Shown: piece after piece, positions 1 to 9,380 of the stretch
How the letters are laid out: the number at the start of each line of letters is the position of its first letter
Position numbering within the stretch: the first letter of the stretch is position 1
Source of the DNA: Sulfurovum sp.
Lineage (GTDB): Bacteria; Campylobacterota; Campylobacteria; Campylobacterales; Sulfurovaceae
Assembly (NCBI GenBank): GCA_027062365.1
Contig: JAMOTK010000066.1
Location: 12,782 to 76,781 of the forward strand
Direction: 5' to 3'
Length of the DNA: 64,000 nucleotides
The notes under the pieces: model-generated
Databases searched by the model: none
Seen by the model: the letters and a program-made list of their open reading frames with translations, nothing else
What the model was told of the DNA's origin: nothing
Made by a program: the position numbers and the translations under genes

Positions 1-1657
1 TATTAGGTTGCATAATCATACCTAAAAGCATTTGTGTAGGCTCTATATTGTACAGTGATGAACGTCCTGTGATTTTGGAAATGACATCATGAGCGACTGT
101 ATCCATAGGTTTCATACGCCCTTGGTGGTCTTGTACTGCTAGTTTACCAAAATTGAGCGTATGTGCTAAGTCGTAGGACTGTACTATTTTAAGTGTCGGT
201 GCATCAAGCGTAGGAGACGAGGCATTGGCACTTTGTGGAGCAAAAGCCAATAAGAGTATCACTGCCAATCCTGCTAGAGGTGCTTGTAATTTTCTAGCAC
301 CTTTGAGTAACTTTTGGAAACGTCCTGTAGGGCTAAAGAGTGACCAAATCATACCTATAGTAAGGAGTAAATAGCCTAGATAGGTAGGGAGTGTTCCTGG
401 GTCATGATTGACAGAGAGTACTGTACCTTTTTCATCTTGGTCATAAGAGGATTGGAAAAAACGATAATTTCTATGGGCTAGAATATGGTTCATATAAATT
501 TTGTAGGGCATGTTGATATTTTGTTCCTTGTCTATGAGTACTACATCAGAAGAGTAAGAAGCAGGTGTCATAGACCCTGGGTATCGCTCTAATTCAAAGT
601 TTACAAGCTTGATGCTAAATGGTAGTTCTATACGTTTTGCACCTACTTTAAAGTCAATATGTACACCATCAAGGTCAAGCTTGATAATTTTGCCTTTTCT
701 ACCTTTAAATACACGGGTGACAAATACTTTACTTTTCTCTCCTACCGAGACTTTCCATTGCATGTATTCTGCTTGTCCTCTTTGGGTTTTTATATCATGA
801 GAATCTGTTTTTAAGATGGCTTTTTCGTGTGTGTCTTTCCATACAATAGCATTAGACCCAAACTGATAGAGCATTCTGTTTTGAAATGTATTTTCACCAG
901 CTGTTAACTCTCCTGAGACTTTATCATTCATATTGAGTGTTTTGAGGACAAAAGGAAAAATTACCTTTGTACCCTCGGCTGTTTCTTTGATAAGAAAGGT
1001 TGGTTTGTCTGTCTTTGGTTCGATATTGTATCCTACATAAAAACTACCAAAATCTTTGGTATCTCCTTTAGCAAGGTAATATATCTCTCCTCTTGCTCCT
1101 GTGGAAATTTTGAGTTCAATCAATTTTTTACCCTGAGGGGAAGGTATGGCTTTCTCATGTGCTGTTGGTAGATAGGTTAACAATTCTACTTCAACATCTT
1201 TATCTCCTATAGAGAGACTTTGTGTGAGTGAATTACTGGTCATTGTAGAGAAAAAGAGTTCTTTTTCTAAGGTAGCACTCTTCTCTCCTTGTGAAGCATG
1301 AAGCTGAAGTACCTTTACATCTGAGACCATTACGCTACTGCTTTTTCCCTCACGGATACTCATCACACCTTCATATCCTACATACCGTGTGACCAATGCC
1401 CCAATAGCAATCACCAAAAATGAAAAGTGAAAGATAAATACAGGCATTTTACTTTTATATGATTTGTATTTTACAATATTATAAATCAATATAGCCACAA
1501 AATAGCCTAAAAAAACCTCAAACCATAGTGCTTTATAGACCAATGCTCTTGCTGTTTGTGTGCCATAATCATTTTCTATAAATGTAGCACCTCCTGCTAT
1601 AATAGCAAATAAAAACAGCATAAGCACTGCCATCTTCATAGAAAAAATATACTTCAT
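1..1657 (-). CDS. ccsBA: Cytochrome c biogenesis protein, fused CcsB(ResB)-CcsA type. N-terminal ~552 aa only; the gene runs off the left edge.
   Basis: My own minus-strand translation from the ATG at 1655-1657 reads MKYIFSMKMAVLMLFLFAIIAGGATFIENDYGTQTARALVYKALWFEVFL... and stays open to position 1. It is absent from the ORF track because it has no stop inside the window. It shows TM helices plus a large ResB-like periplasmic domain. Confidence 0.75.
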   Translation of the reverse strand, partial: MKYIFSMKMAVLMLFLFAIIAGGATFIENDYGTQTARALVYKALWFEVFLGYFVAILIYNIVKYKSYKSKMPVFIFHFSFLVIAIGALVTRYVGYEGVMSIREGKSSSVMVSDVKVLQLHASQGEKSATLEKELFFSTMTSNSLTQSLSIGDKDVEVELLTYLPTAHEKAIPSPQGKKLIELKISTGARGEIYYLAKGDTKDFGSFYVGYNIEPKTDKPTFLIKETAEGTKVIFPFVLKTLNMNDKVSGELTAGENTFQNRMLYQFGSNAIVWKDTHEKAILKTDSHDIKTQRGQAEYMQWKVSVGEKSKVFVTRVFKGRKGKIIKLDLDGVHIDFKVGAKRIELPFSIKLVNFELERYPGSMTPASYSSDVVLIDKEQNINMPYKIYMNHILAHRNYRFFQSSYDQDEKGTVLSVNHDPGTLPTYLGYLLLTIGMIWSLFSPTGRFQKLLKGARKLQAPLAGLAVILLLAFAPQSANASSPTLDAPTLKIVQSYDLAHTLNFGKLAVQDHQGRMKPMDTVAHDVISKITGRSSLYNIEPTQMLLGMIMQPN

Positions 1658-1830
1658 AATTCAAAGTCCTTATAAATAATTAGAAGGATTATAGCCGATA
1701 TTTGCTAATCAATTGTTAATTAAGAGTTTATCTCTCTTACTTATACCCTATTTATGTGTTAAATTATAAGTAAATAGACAAAATATTATAAGAAAAGTAA
1801 ATAATCCTAGCTTTATTTGTTTATTTTAGG

Positions 1831-1836
1831 TATAAT
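1831..1836 (+). promoter_or_regulatory. Candidate -10 box (TATAAT) about 190 nt upstream of the helicase start, implying a long 5' leader
   Basis: ttaggTATAATgc lies in the AT-rich 369-bp gap between the divergent ccsBA and helicase genes. Confidence 0.3.
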
Positions 1837-2026
1837 GCAAAACTTTTCTGCAAGAGAGTGTACTAAACTCCTTTTACGAGATATATTATCTCCTCTATTT
1901 TCACACTTTAGGTGTGACTCAAGTTTGGTATCGGTTTGCATAAAACAGGTTTTTAAACCTCTTGATACTATAAATAATAAACAAGATGAATATTACGCCG
2001 ATAATTTAACATAAAGAAAACAATCT

Positions 2027-3565
2027 ATGAAATTTACTGATTTTAACCTTAAAGATACGATACAACAAGCCGTGACAGACGCAGGATTTACAGAACCAAG
2101 CCCCGTACAAAAAGATGCTATTCCTTTAGTACTTGAAGGTCATGACCTTGTTGCTCAAGCACAAACAGGAACAGGAAAAACAGCTGCTTTTGGTCTGCCT
2201 ATAATGTCTATGATGAAAGCTGATGGTTCTGTAGAAGGGCTTGTAATTGTACCTACTAGAGAACTAGCTATGCAAGTATCTGATGAACTTTTCCGTTTTG
2301 GTGCAAAATCAGGACTTAAAACAGCTACTGTTTATGGTGGAACACCTTATGGTAGACAAATTGACCGTATCAAACAAGCTTCTATCGTTGTGGCCACTCC
2401 AGGGAGACTTCAAGACTTGCTTATGTCTGGTAAGATTAAAATCAACCCTTCTTTTGTGGTTCTTGATGAAGCTGATGAGATGCTTGATATGGGTTTCTTG
2501 GACGAAATTAAAAATATTTTTACTTTCTTGCCAAAAGAGCGTCAAACATTATTATTCTCAGCAACAATGCCAAATAGTATTAGAAAACTAGCAGAGCAAA
2601 TCTTAAAATCTCCAAAAACTGTTTCTATTACCAAATCTGAAAAAACGAATACCAAAATTACACAACTTTATTATGTGGTTCAAGAGAGAGAAAGAGATGA
2701 TGCTTTAGTAAGACTTATTGACTATAAAAATCCTAAAAAATGTATTATCTTCTGTAGAATGAAAAAAGAAGTAGATAGACTTGTAGCACACATGACAGCC
2801 CAAGGATTTAAAGTATCTGGACTTCATGGAGATATGGAGCAAAAGCAAAGAGAAGTTACAATCAGAGCATTTAAAAGTGGTGGAATAGATATCTTTATTG
2901 CCACTGATGTTGCTGCTCGTGGTCTTGATGTCAATGATGTAACACACGTATTTAACTACCATATCCCTTTTGATTCTGAGTCTTATGTTCACCGTATTGG
3001 TCGTACAGGTCGTGCAGGTAAATCGGGTGAGGCTATTACTCTAGTAAGCCCTAATGAGTTAAGAACGATTAAACGTATCGAAAAAGATGTAGGTACAAAA
3101 ATGACAACACAAGTCATTCCTACGCGTATGGAAGTACAAAATAACCGTTCAGATGAGTTAATCGCTAAAATAGCTGAGACTAAAGTCACAGATAAAGCAG
3201 TTGAACTTGTAAAAACACTTCAACATGACCTCGACATCGTAACGATTGCTCATTTACTAGCATCTATGATTCAAAGTGAAAATTCAGTCAAGGGTAAAGA
3301 CACCATTGGTCTAGGACTAGAAGAGATAGAACTCCTCATCGAAAGAGCCATGCAAAACCGTGGCAATGGTGGAGGTGGACGTAACCGTGGTGGATACCGT
3401 GGTGGCAATAGAAATGGTGGAGGTGGACGAAACCGTAGCCGTAATGGAAGTGGTGGAGGAAGTGGTGGTGGAAATCGTAACAGTCGTTCAGGTGGTGGTG
3501 ATCGTAATGGTCGCTCAGGTGGTGGACGTGATAGCCGTAACGGTGGACAAGGAAGTAGAGGGTAA
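2027..3565 (+). CDS. DEAD-box ATP-dependent RNA helicase with a ~70-aa Arg/Gly/Asn-rich C-terminal tail
   Basis: Q motif FTEPSPVQ; motif I AQTGTGKTAAF; Ia PTRELA; II VLDEADEML; III SAT; VI HRIGRTGRAG. The tail reads RGNGGGGRNRGGYRGGNRNGGGGRNR... Confidence 0.92.
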   Translation: MKFTDFNLKDTIQQAVTDAGFTEPSPVQKDAIPLVLEGHDLVAQAQTGTGKTAAFGLPIMSMMKADGSVEGLVIVPTRELAMQVSDELFRFGAKSGLKTATVYGGTPYGRQIDRIKQASIVVATPGRLQDLLMSGKIKINPSFVVLDEADEMLDMGFLDEIKNIFTFLPKERQTLLFSATMPNSIRKLAEQILKSPKTVSITKSEKTNTKITQLYYVVQERERDDALVRLIDYKNPKKCIIFCRMKKEVDRLVAHMTAQGFKVSGLHGDMEQKQREVTIRAFKSGGIDIFIATDVAARGLDVNDVTHVFNYHIPFDSESYVHRIGRTGRAGKSGEAITLVSPNELRTIKRIEKDVGTKMTTQVIPTRMEVQNNRSDELIAKIAETKVTDKAVELVKTLQHDLDIVTIAHLLASMIQSENSVKGKDTIGLGLEEIELLIERAMQNRGNGGGGRNRGGYRGGNRNGGGGRNRSRNGSGGGSGGGNRNSRSGGGDRNGRSGGGRDSRNGGQGSRG

Positions 3566-3675
3566 TCCTCTCGTCCTTTCCCTCTTTCTCTCCTTTTCCT
3601 CCAAAAAACTTCACTTACTTTTACAATATTTAGAATAATTCTTTTATTTTAACATCTATTATAAAGAAAAAAGGG

Positions 3676-3681
3676 TATAAT
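3676..3681 (+). promoter_or_regulatory. Candidate -10 box upstream of rpsA
   Basis: aagggTATAATaacg lies 35 nt upstream of the rpsA ATG. Confidence 0.35.
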
Positions 3682-3714
3682 AACGCAAAATTTGTGTTAT
3701 AGATAAGGATAGGT

Positions 3715-5367
3715 ATGAAGTTCGAAGATTTCGAAACAGAAGAAACAGAAGATTTTGCAGCGATGCTTGAGGAATCGTTTAAAAAATCAGAATCAAAGAG
3801 TGATTTGGTTTTAGGTACGATTGTAAAGATTGATGAAAAAGACAACTTAGTAGTGATTGATATTGGTGGTGGTAGAGATGCAAATCTTGAACTTACTGAG
3901 ATTACAGAAGAAGACGGCACAGTTCTTTTTGCAGTGAATGACACTATTAATATTGTCACTATGGGTCGAGGTCGTATTTCATATAAAGCAGCACTTTCTC
4001 GTGTAGCACTCAATGAATTTATCGCTGAGTATGATGAGGAACAAGAGTATATTATCGAAGGTGTTGTTACTAAGAAAAATAAAGGTGGATACGTTGTTGA
4101 AGTAGATGGTTTAGAATTCTTTATGCCACGTACACTCTCTTACCTTTCTTCTAAAGTAGAAGCTGTAGGTAAAAAAGTCAAAGCCGTTATCGTTAAAGTA
4201 GATAAAGATAAAGGTTCTGTTGTTATTTCAAGAAAAGAACTCATTGAAAGAGACAAAGCCAAAACAGATGAAATTGTAGGTACTTTACTTGAAAATAAAG
4301 ACCCAGTTATCGGAACTATTAAAAAGATTACTTCTTATGGTATGTTTGTAGATGTAGGTGGAATGGATGGTCTTGTTCATTATTCACAGATTTCTCACAA
4401 AGGTCCTGTGAATCCTTCTAAATATTTTGCAGAAGGTGATGAAGTGAATGTTATTGCTTTGGAGTATGATAAAAAGAAAAGACACCTTTCTCTTTCTATT
4501 AAAGATGCAAATCCTGATCCTTGGGCTGATATTGATGCAATCATTGGCGTAGGAGATACCGTTACTGCTACTGTTTCTAACATCGAACCTTATGGTGTAT
4601 TTGTTGACCTTGGTGAAGACCTTGAAGCATTCCTTCACGTGTCTGAAATCTCTTGGGATAAAAATGTTAAACATCCAAAAGATTATTTAGAAAACAATAC
4701 AGACATCAATGTTGAAGTGATTGAAATTGATAAAGAGGGTAGAAGACTTAGAGTAAGTCTTAAAAATCTTCTTCCAAAACCAATGGATGCATTTGTATCA
4801 GCCAATAAAGTAAATGATGTTGTCACAGGTGTGGTTACTTCTATTACTGATTTTGGTGCATTTGTAAAAGTAGGGGCTATTGAAGGTCTTTTACATAATC
4901 AAGAAGTTTCTTGGGACAAATCACAAAATGCTAAATCAGAATTTAAAGCAGGTGATGAAGTAGAAGTAAAAATTATCAAAATCGATAGAGATGCTGGTAA
5001 AGTTTCACTTTCTAAGAAAGCATTAGAACCTTCACCAATCAAAGCATTTGCTGAGACACATAAAAATGGTGCCGTGGTAACGGGTACAGTAAAAGACAAA
5101 AAAGACTTTGGTGTCTTTATCTCACTTGAAGAAAATGTAGACGCTTTGATTAGAACAGAAGACCTTCATCCAATTAAGTTTGACGAAATTGAAAAAGGTC
5201 AAGAAATTAAAGGTGTTATCTCATTCATTGATGGTAATACGGATAGAATTAGAGTTTCTGTTAAGAGACTTGAACGTCAAGAAGAAAGAGAAGCCATGGA
5301 ACAATTTAATGGTGAAGAAGAAAGTATGACTTTAGGTGATGCTTTTGGTGATATGCTAAAAAAATAA
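3715..5367 (+). CDS. rpsA: 30S ribosomal protein S1
   Basis: 550 aa with repeated S1 OB-fold modules (G.V..I..YG.FVD.GG.DGL.H.S.IS; EPYGVFVDLGEDLEAFLHVSEISW; TDFGAFVKVG..EGLLH). Confidence 0.92.
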   Translation: MKFEDFETEETEDFAAMLEESFKKSESKSDLVLGTIVKIDEKDNLVVIDIGGGRDANLELTEITEEDGTVLFAVNDTINIVTMGRGRISYKAALSRVALNEFIAEYDEEQEYIIEGVVTKKNKGGYVVEVDGLEFFMPRTLSYLSSKVEAVGKKVKAVIVKVDKDKGSVVISRKELIERDKAKTDEIVGTLLENKDPVIGTIKKITSYGMFVDVGGMDGLVHYSQISHKGPVNPSKYFAEGDEVNVIALEYDKKKRHLSLSIKDANPDPWADIDAIIGVGDTVTATVSNIEPYGVFVDLGEDLEAFLHVSEISWDKNVKHPKDYLENNTDINVEVIEIDKEGRRLRVSLKNLLPKPMDAFVSANKVNDVVTGVVTSITDFGAFVKVGAIEGLLHNQEVSWDKSQNAKSEFKAGDEVEVKIIKIDRDAGKVSLSKKALEPSPIKAFAETHKNGAVVTGTVKDKKDFGVFISLEENVDALIRTEDLHPIKFDEIEKGQEIKGVISFIDGNTDRIRVSVKRLERQEEREAMEQFNGEEESMTLGDAFGDMLKK

Positions 5368-5388
5368 TCATTTTAAATGATGCTTCTT

Positions 5389-5412
5389 GAATCTACCTTA
5401 AGGTAGATTCAT
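5389..5412 (+). terminator. 24-bp perfect palindrome downstream of rpsA; possible terminator hairpin
   Basis: TGAATCTACCTTAAGGTAGATTCA starts 22 nt after the rpsA stop. No clear T-tract follows it. Confidence 0.35.
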
Positions 5413-5467
5413 GCGACTTCGTCGTATACTCTCAAAATCAAATTATTCAAATATAAAAGGTTATTAG

Positions 5468-7060
5468 ATGTCAAAAAAAACAATTGTTGTTTGTGACCAT
5501 ATCCATCAAGATGGGCTAGATATTTTAGCAAATGATAGTGAAATCGAATTGATAAACGCAGCCGATGAGCCAAAAGATATACTTATCTCAGAAATTATTC
5601 CTTTGGCTGATGTGGCTATTACACGTTCTTCTACTGATGTAGATGATGCTTTTTTGGCAGCAGTAAAGAAAATGACAGCTGTTGTTCGTGCTGGTGTTGG
5701 TGTAGATAATGTAGATATTCCTAGTGCATCAAAACAAGGTATTGTGATTATGAATGTACCTACAGCCAATACGATTGCAGCAGTGGAACTCACAATGACA
5801 CACATGCTTTCTTGTGTACGTAAATTTCCTTATGCACATAATAATCTAAAGATTGAGCGTGTATGGAGAAGACAAGATTGGTATGGTACTGAGCTTAAAG
5901 ACAAAAAACTTGGAATTATCGGATTTGGTAATATTGGTTCTCGTGTGGGTAAAAGAGCCAAAGCATTTGAGATGGATGTACTTGCGTATGACCCTTATAT
6001 TGACTCAGCCAAAGCCACAGATTTGGACATCGAGTATAGCAAAAACTTTGAAGATATTTTAGATTGTGATATTATCACTATTCATACACCTAAAAATCCA
6101 GAAACTATTGGAATGATAGGTACAGAAGAGATTGCTAAAATGAAAGATGGTGTGATTTTGATTAACTGTGCTAGAGGAGGACTTTTTGATGAAGATGCTT
6201 TATTAGAAGGTCTTACTTCTGGTAAAATAGGCATGGCTGGTATTGATGTATTTAATAAAGAACCTGCAACAAATCATCCTTTTCTTGATTTGGATAATGT
6301 CACTGTGACACCTCACCTTGGTGCAAATACTAAAGAATCACAAAAAAATATTGCCATTCAAGCAGCAGAAAATGCTATTGCAGCAGCAAAAGGAATTTCT
6401 TATCCAAATGCTTTAAATTTACCTATCAAAGAGAATGAATTACCAAAATTTGTTAAACCTTACTTAGAACTTATTCAAAAAATAGGACATATGTCAGCAC
6501 AGGTTTCAGCCAAATCTGCTATCAAATCTATCCGAATTTTAGCGTCAGGTAAAATAGCAGAGCATTTAGAATCTATGAAAACATTTGCAACGGTAGGTGT
6601 ACTTTCTGAATCTTTGGGTGACCAAATTAATTATGTAAATGCTGAATTTGTGGCAAAAGAGAGAGGTATTGAGCTTGTCACAGATGAAAAGCCAAATAAC
6701 TCTGGATTTACCAATAAGGTAGGTATTAAATTAACCACAGCAGAAGGAATTATCTCTATCGCTGGGACAGTATTTGATGAAAATGTTCAACGTATTATTG
6801 AGATAGATGAATATATGTTAGACATTGAACCAAAAGGTACAATGATATTCTTTAGGAATACAGACACCCCTGGTGTGATTGGGGATGTGGGTAAAATTAT
6901 GGCAGAGCATGGTTTGAATATTGCTGACTTTAGATTGGGGCGTGATAGTAAAAAACAAGCCCTAGCTGTCGTGCATATAGATGGAGAAGTAAGCAAAGAA
7001 GTGATACATGATTTACAAAAATTAGATGCTTGTATTAGTGTTTCTTACGCAACGCTTTAA
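5468..7060 (+). CDS. serA: D-3-phosphoglycerate dehydrogenase, long form with C-terminal ACT domain
   Basis: 530 aa. NAD-binding GIIGFGNIGSRVG, the 2-hydroxyacid dehydrogenase core (ITIHTPKNPET, NCARGG, TPHLGA) and an ACT-like C-terminus. Confidence 0.9.
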   Translation: MSKKTIVVCDHIHQDGLDILANDSEIELINAADEPKDILISEIIPLADVAITRSSTDVDDAFLAAVKKMTAVVRAGVGVDNVDIPSASKQGIVIMNVPTANTIAAVELTMTHMLSCVRKFPYAHNNLKIERVWRRQDWYGTELKDKKLGIIGFGNIGSRVGKRAKAFEMDVLAYDPYIDSAKATDLDIEYSKNFEDILDCDIITIHTPKNPETIGMIGTEEIAKMKDGVILINCARGGLFDEDALLEGLTSGKIGMAGIDVFNKEPATNHPFLDLDNVTVTPHLGANTKESQKNIAIQAAENAIAAAKGISYPNALNLPIKENELPKFVKPYLELIQKIGHMSAQVSAKSAIKSIRILASGKIAEHLESMKTFATVGVLSESLGDQINYVNAEFVAKERGIELVTDEKPNNSGFTNKVGIKLTTAEGIISIAGTVFDENVQRIIEIDEYMLDIEPKGTMIFFRNTDTPGVIGDVGKIMAEHGLNIADFRLGRDSKKQALAVVHIDGEVSKEVIHDLQKLDACISVSYATL

Positions 7061-7163
7061 ATTAATTTAACACTGTACTTAGGTGCCTAATAGGTATTTA
7101 AGTGCAACATATCCAATACTTCTTCTCAAAACATCTTCTTTAATAGTAAATAGATTTTAGATT

Positions 7164-7172
7164 TGCTATAAT
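7164..7172 (+). promoter_or_regulatory. Extended -10 box TGcTATAAT upstream of the efflux operon
   Basis: atTTGCTATAATcg lies ~50 nt upstream of the ATG at 7223. The same TGCTATAAT string recurs upstream of efp and hup. Confidence 0.45.
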
Positions 7173-7222
7173 CGCGTATATATAAGTATTTTTTATATAT
7201 AATCTAATCATTGGAGTCTTTT

Positions 7223-8578
7223 ATGATAATAAAAAAATCACTTATATTACTACTTTTGATGTTACCTCTTGTTGCAAATACAAATAATTTAACATTAAAA
7301 CAAGCCATTAAAATACTTAAAAAAAATAACCTTGAGTTAAAAATAAGTAAATTTAATGAACAAATGAGAGCCTATGAGACAGCAGAGGCAAAGAGTCATA
7401 ACTATGGAAAAGCAGATATTTCTCTCACAGGAATGCGTTCTAATGATGCAGGAAATGTATTTGGATTTAAATTGCAAAGTAGAGAAGCTACTTTTGGAGA
7501 CTTTGGATTTGCCGAGTTTAACTCACAAAATCCAAATATTTTAAATGTCCAGCCTTCCGCATTAAATTATCCCGATGCACAAAACTATTATCAAACAAAG
7601 TTAAGTTATATGTTACCCCTATATACGGGAGGAAAACTAGCAGAATATGGACGTATTACAAAATCTATGGAACGTATGAGCCAGTATGATACACAAAAGA
7701 TATTGAATGCAAAAATATTTCAAACTAAAAAAGCGTTTTATGATATCTCATTGATAGAAAATTATATCTATAATCTTTCAAAGATGATAAAAAATATTCG
7801 ACATTTAGAAAATATCATAGGAAATATGAAAAAAGAAGGCTATGCCCAAGAGATAGATAAACTCGAAGTACAAGCTAGATTGGCAGAAGCACAAAGCATG
7901 TACAATCAAGCAAGTCTCAACAAAGATTTAGCCTATCAATTTCTTTCTTTTTTACTTAATGTTGAAGTACAATCTATTCATAAAGTAAGTGAAATGGCAC
8001 CTATGCCACGTGTCAATTTTGATGCTTTAGAAAGTAATAATTTAGATATTCAAAAAGCAAAATTAGGCGTAGAAATAACACAGATGGCAGTGGGCGTTGA
8101 GGAAGCAAATTATTTACCTACTGTAGGTGCTTTTGGTGAATATGCAAGTGCTGACAATACATTATGGAATGAATTTACAGACAAGGATTCTTATACTGTA
8201 GGGGTGCAGGTAAAATGGAATTTGTTTAATGGAGGTGCAGATGAAGCAAATCTTGAAAAAGCAAAGGTCAATCGTCTCAAAGTACAAAATCAATTGCTTT
8301 TAGCCAAATCTGGTGTTGCCTTACAAGTAAAAAAGCTTGAGACAGAAATACTTAGTAAAAATGCCGATGTAAAAAGTTATAAAAAGCAACTAAGATTTGC
8401 TAAAAAAGTATATGAAAATTATAGTGCACGTTATAAAGAAGGTATTGCTTCTATTACAGATGTTTTGATAAAACAGTCCAAAGAATTAGAGATACTACTT
8501 AAACTTTTAAGTGTTAAAAATACACGAAATACCAAAATATTTGAATTAAATAGTATATTAAATATAGGAGGAAAATAA
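7223..8578 (+). CDS. TolC-family outer-membrane efflux protein
   Basis: Signal peptide MIIKKSLILLLLMLPLVA and two repeated halves with the typical TolC coiled-coil/beta pattern (LTLKQAI..., NLFNGG...). I prefer the ATG at 7223, preceded by GGAG, over the track's TTG at 7211. Confidence 0.8.
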   Translation: MIIKKSLILLLLMLPLVANTNNLTLKQAIKILKKNNLELKISKFNEQMRAYETAEAKSHNYGKADISLTGMRSNDAGNVFGFKLQSREATFGDFGFAEFNSQNPNILNVQPSALNYPDAQNYYQTKLSYMLPLYTGGKLAEYGRITKSMERMSQYDTQKILNAKIFQTKKAFYDISLIENYIYNLSKMIKNIRHLENIIGNMKKEGYAQEIDKLEVQARLAEAQSMYNQASLNKDLAYQFLSFLLNVEVQSIHKVSEMAPMPRVNFDALESNNLDIQKAKLGVEITQMAVGVEEANYLPTVGAFGEYASADNTLWNEFTDKDSYTVGVQVKWNLFNGGADEANLEKAKVNRLKVQNQLLLAKSGVALQVKKLETEILSKNADVKSYKKQLRFAKKVYENYSARYKEGIASITDVLIKQSKELEILLKLLSVKNTRNTKIFELNSILNIGGK

Positions 8579-9375
8579 TGAAAATGTTGATACGATTCAC
8601 ACTGATTTTGCTGTGGATAACATCGCTTAATGCTGTGGAGATAAATCTAAGTGGTTCAGTTGTCTCAGACAATCAAAAGATGCTTACGAGTCGCTACATG
8701 GGATATGTAAAGCACATGGCTGTGAGTGAAGGGGATATTGTAAAAAAAGGTGATCTTATTTATGAAATTGATTCAAAAGAAATTGAATCAGCAGAGCGTC
8801 AAGTAGATTTGGCTATTTCACAAGCAAGATTGGCTTTACAAATGAATAAAAATCAATATAATAATGTATTGATTAATTTAGCACGTCATGAGAGACTTTA
8901 TAAAAAGAATATGGTTTCTAAGTATGAGTTTGAACAGTTACAACTAGCAGCAAAAAACCTAAAAGATATGGTAGAAATTGCAGAGCAACAAGCTAGTCAA
9001 GCATTGGCAAAAAAAGATGAAGTGTTAAATCAGTATAATTATTTGAAAATACATGCACCAAATGATGGTGTTATTGTTGAAAAACGATTGAATGAAGGAG
9101 AAATGGCAATACCTGGTATGCCAGCAGTGGTTTTGACAGATTTGAGTCAACTCAAAGTTGTTTCTGAACTGAGTGAAACACAATTGCGTCATATCTCTAT
9201 GGGAAAAATAGTTGAAATTTCTATTCCTTCTATTGGTTTTGTGACCAAAGGTAAGATTACAGCCATTGTGCCTAATTCCAATCCGATGACACATAAATTT
9301 AAAATTATTATGCGTTTAGATTCTAAAAGTAGTTCAGTATATCCTGGTATGTATGCCAAAATTCTTATTAAGTAG
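8578..9375 (+). CDS. Efflux RND periplasmic adaptor (MFP/HlyD family), short form
   Basis: Signal peptide, a barrel-sandwich motif (YVKHMAVSEGDIVKKGDLIYEID ... IHAPNDGVIVE), a coiled-coil hairpin and a start that overlaps the tolC stop (ATAATG). Confidence 0.8.
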   Translation: MKMLIRFTLILLWITSLNAVEINLSGSVVSDNQKMLTSRYMGYVKHMAVSEGDIVKKGDLIYEIDSKEIESAERQVDLAISQARLALQMNKNQYNNVLINLARHERLYKKNMVSKYEFEQLQLAAKNLKDMVEIAEQQASQALAKKDEVLNQYNYLKIHAPNDGVIVEKRLNEGEMAIPGMPAVVLTDLSQLKVVSELSETQLRHISMGKIVEISIPSIGFVTKGKITAIVPNSNPMTHKFKIIMRLDSKSSSVYPGMYAKILIK

Positions 9376-9380
9376 GTAGT

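Noticed and set aside
3336-3638. 92-aa ORFs on both strands over the 3' end of the helicase gene
   Set aside because: They are artefacts of the GGT/CGT/AAC-rich repeat that encodes the RGG tail. They lie fully inside a strongly supported CDS.
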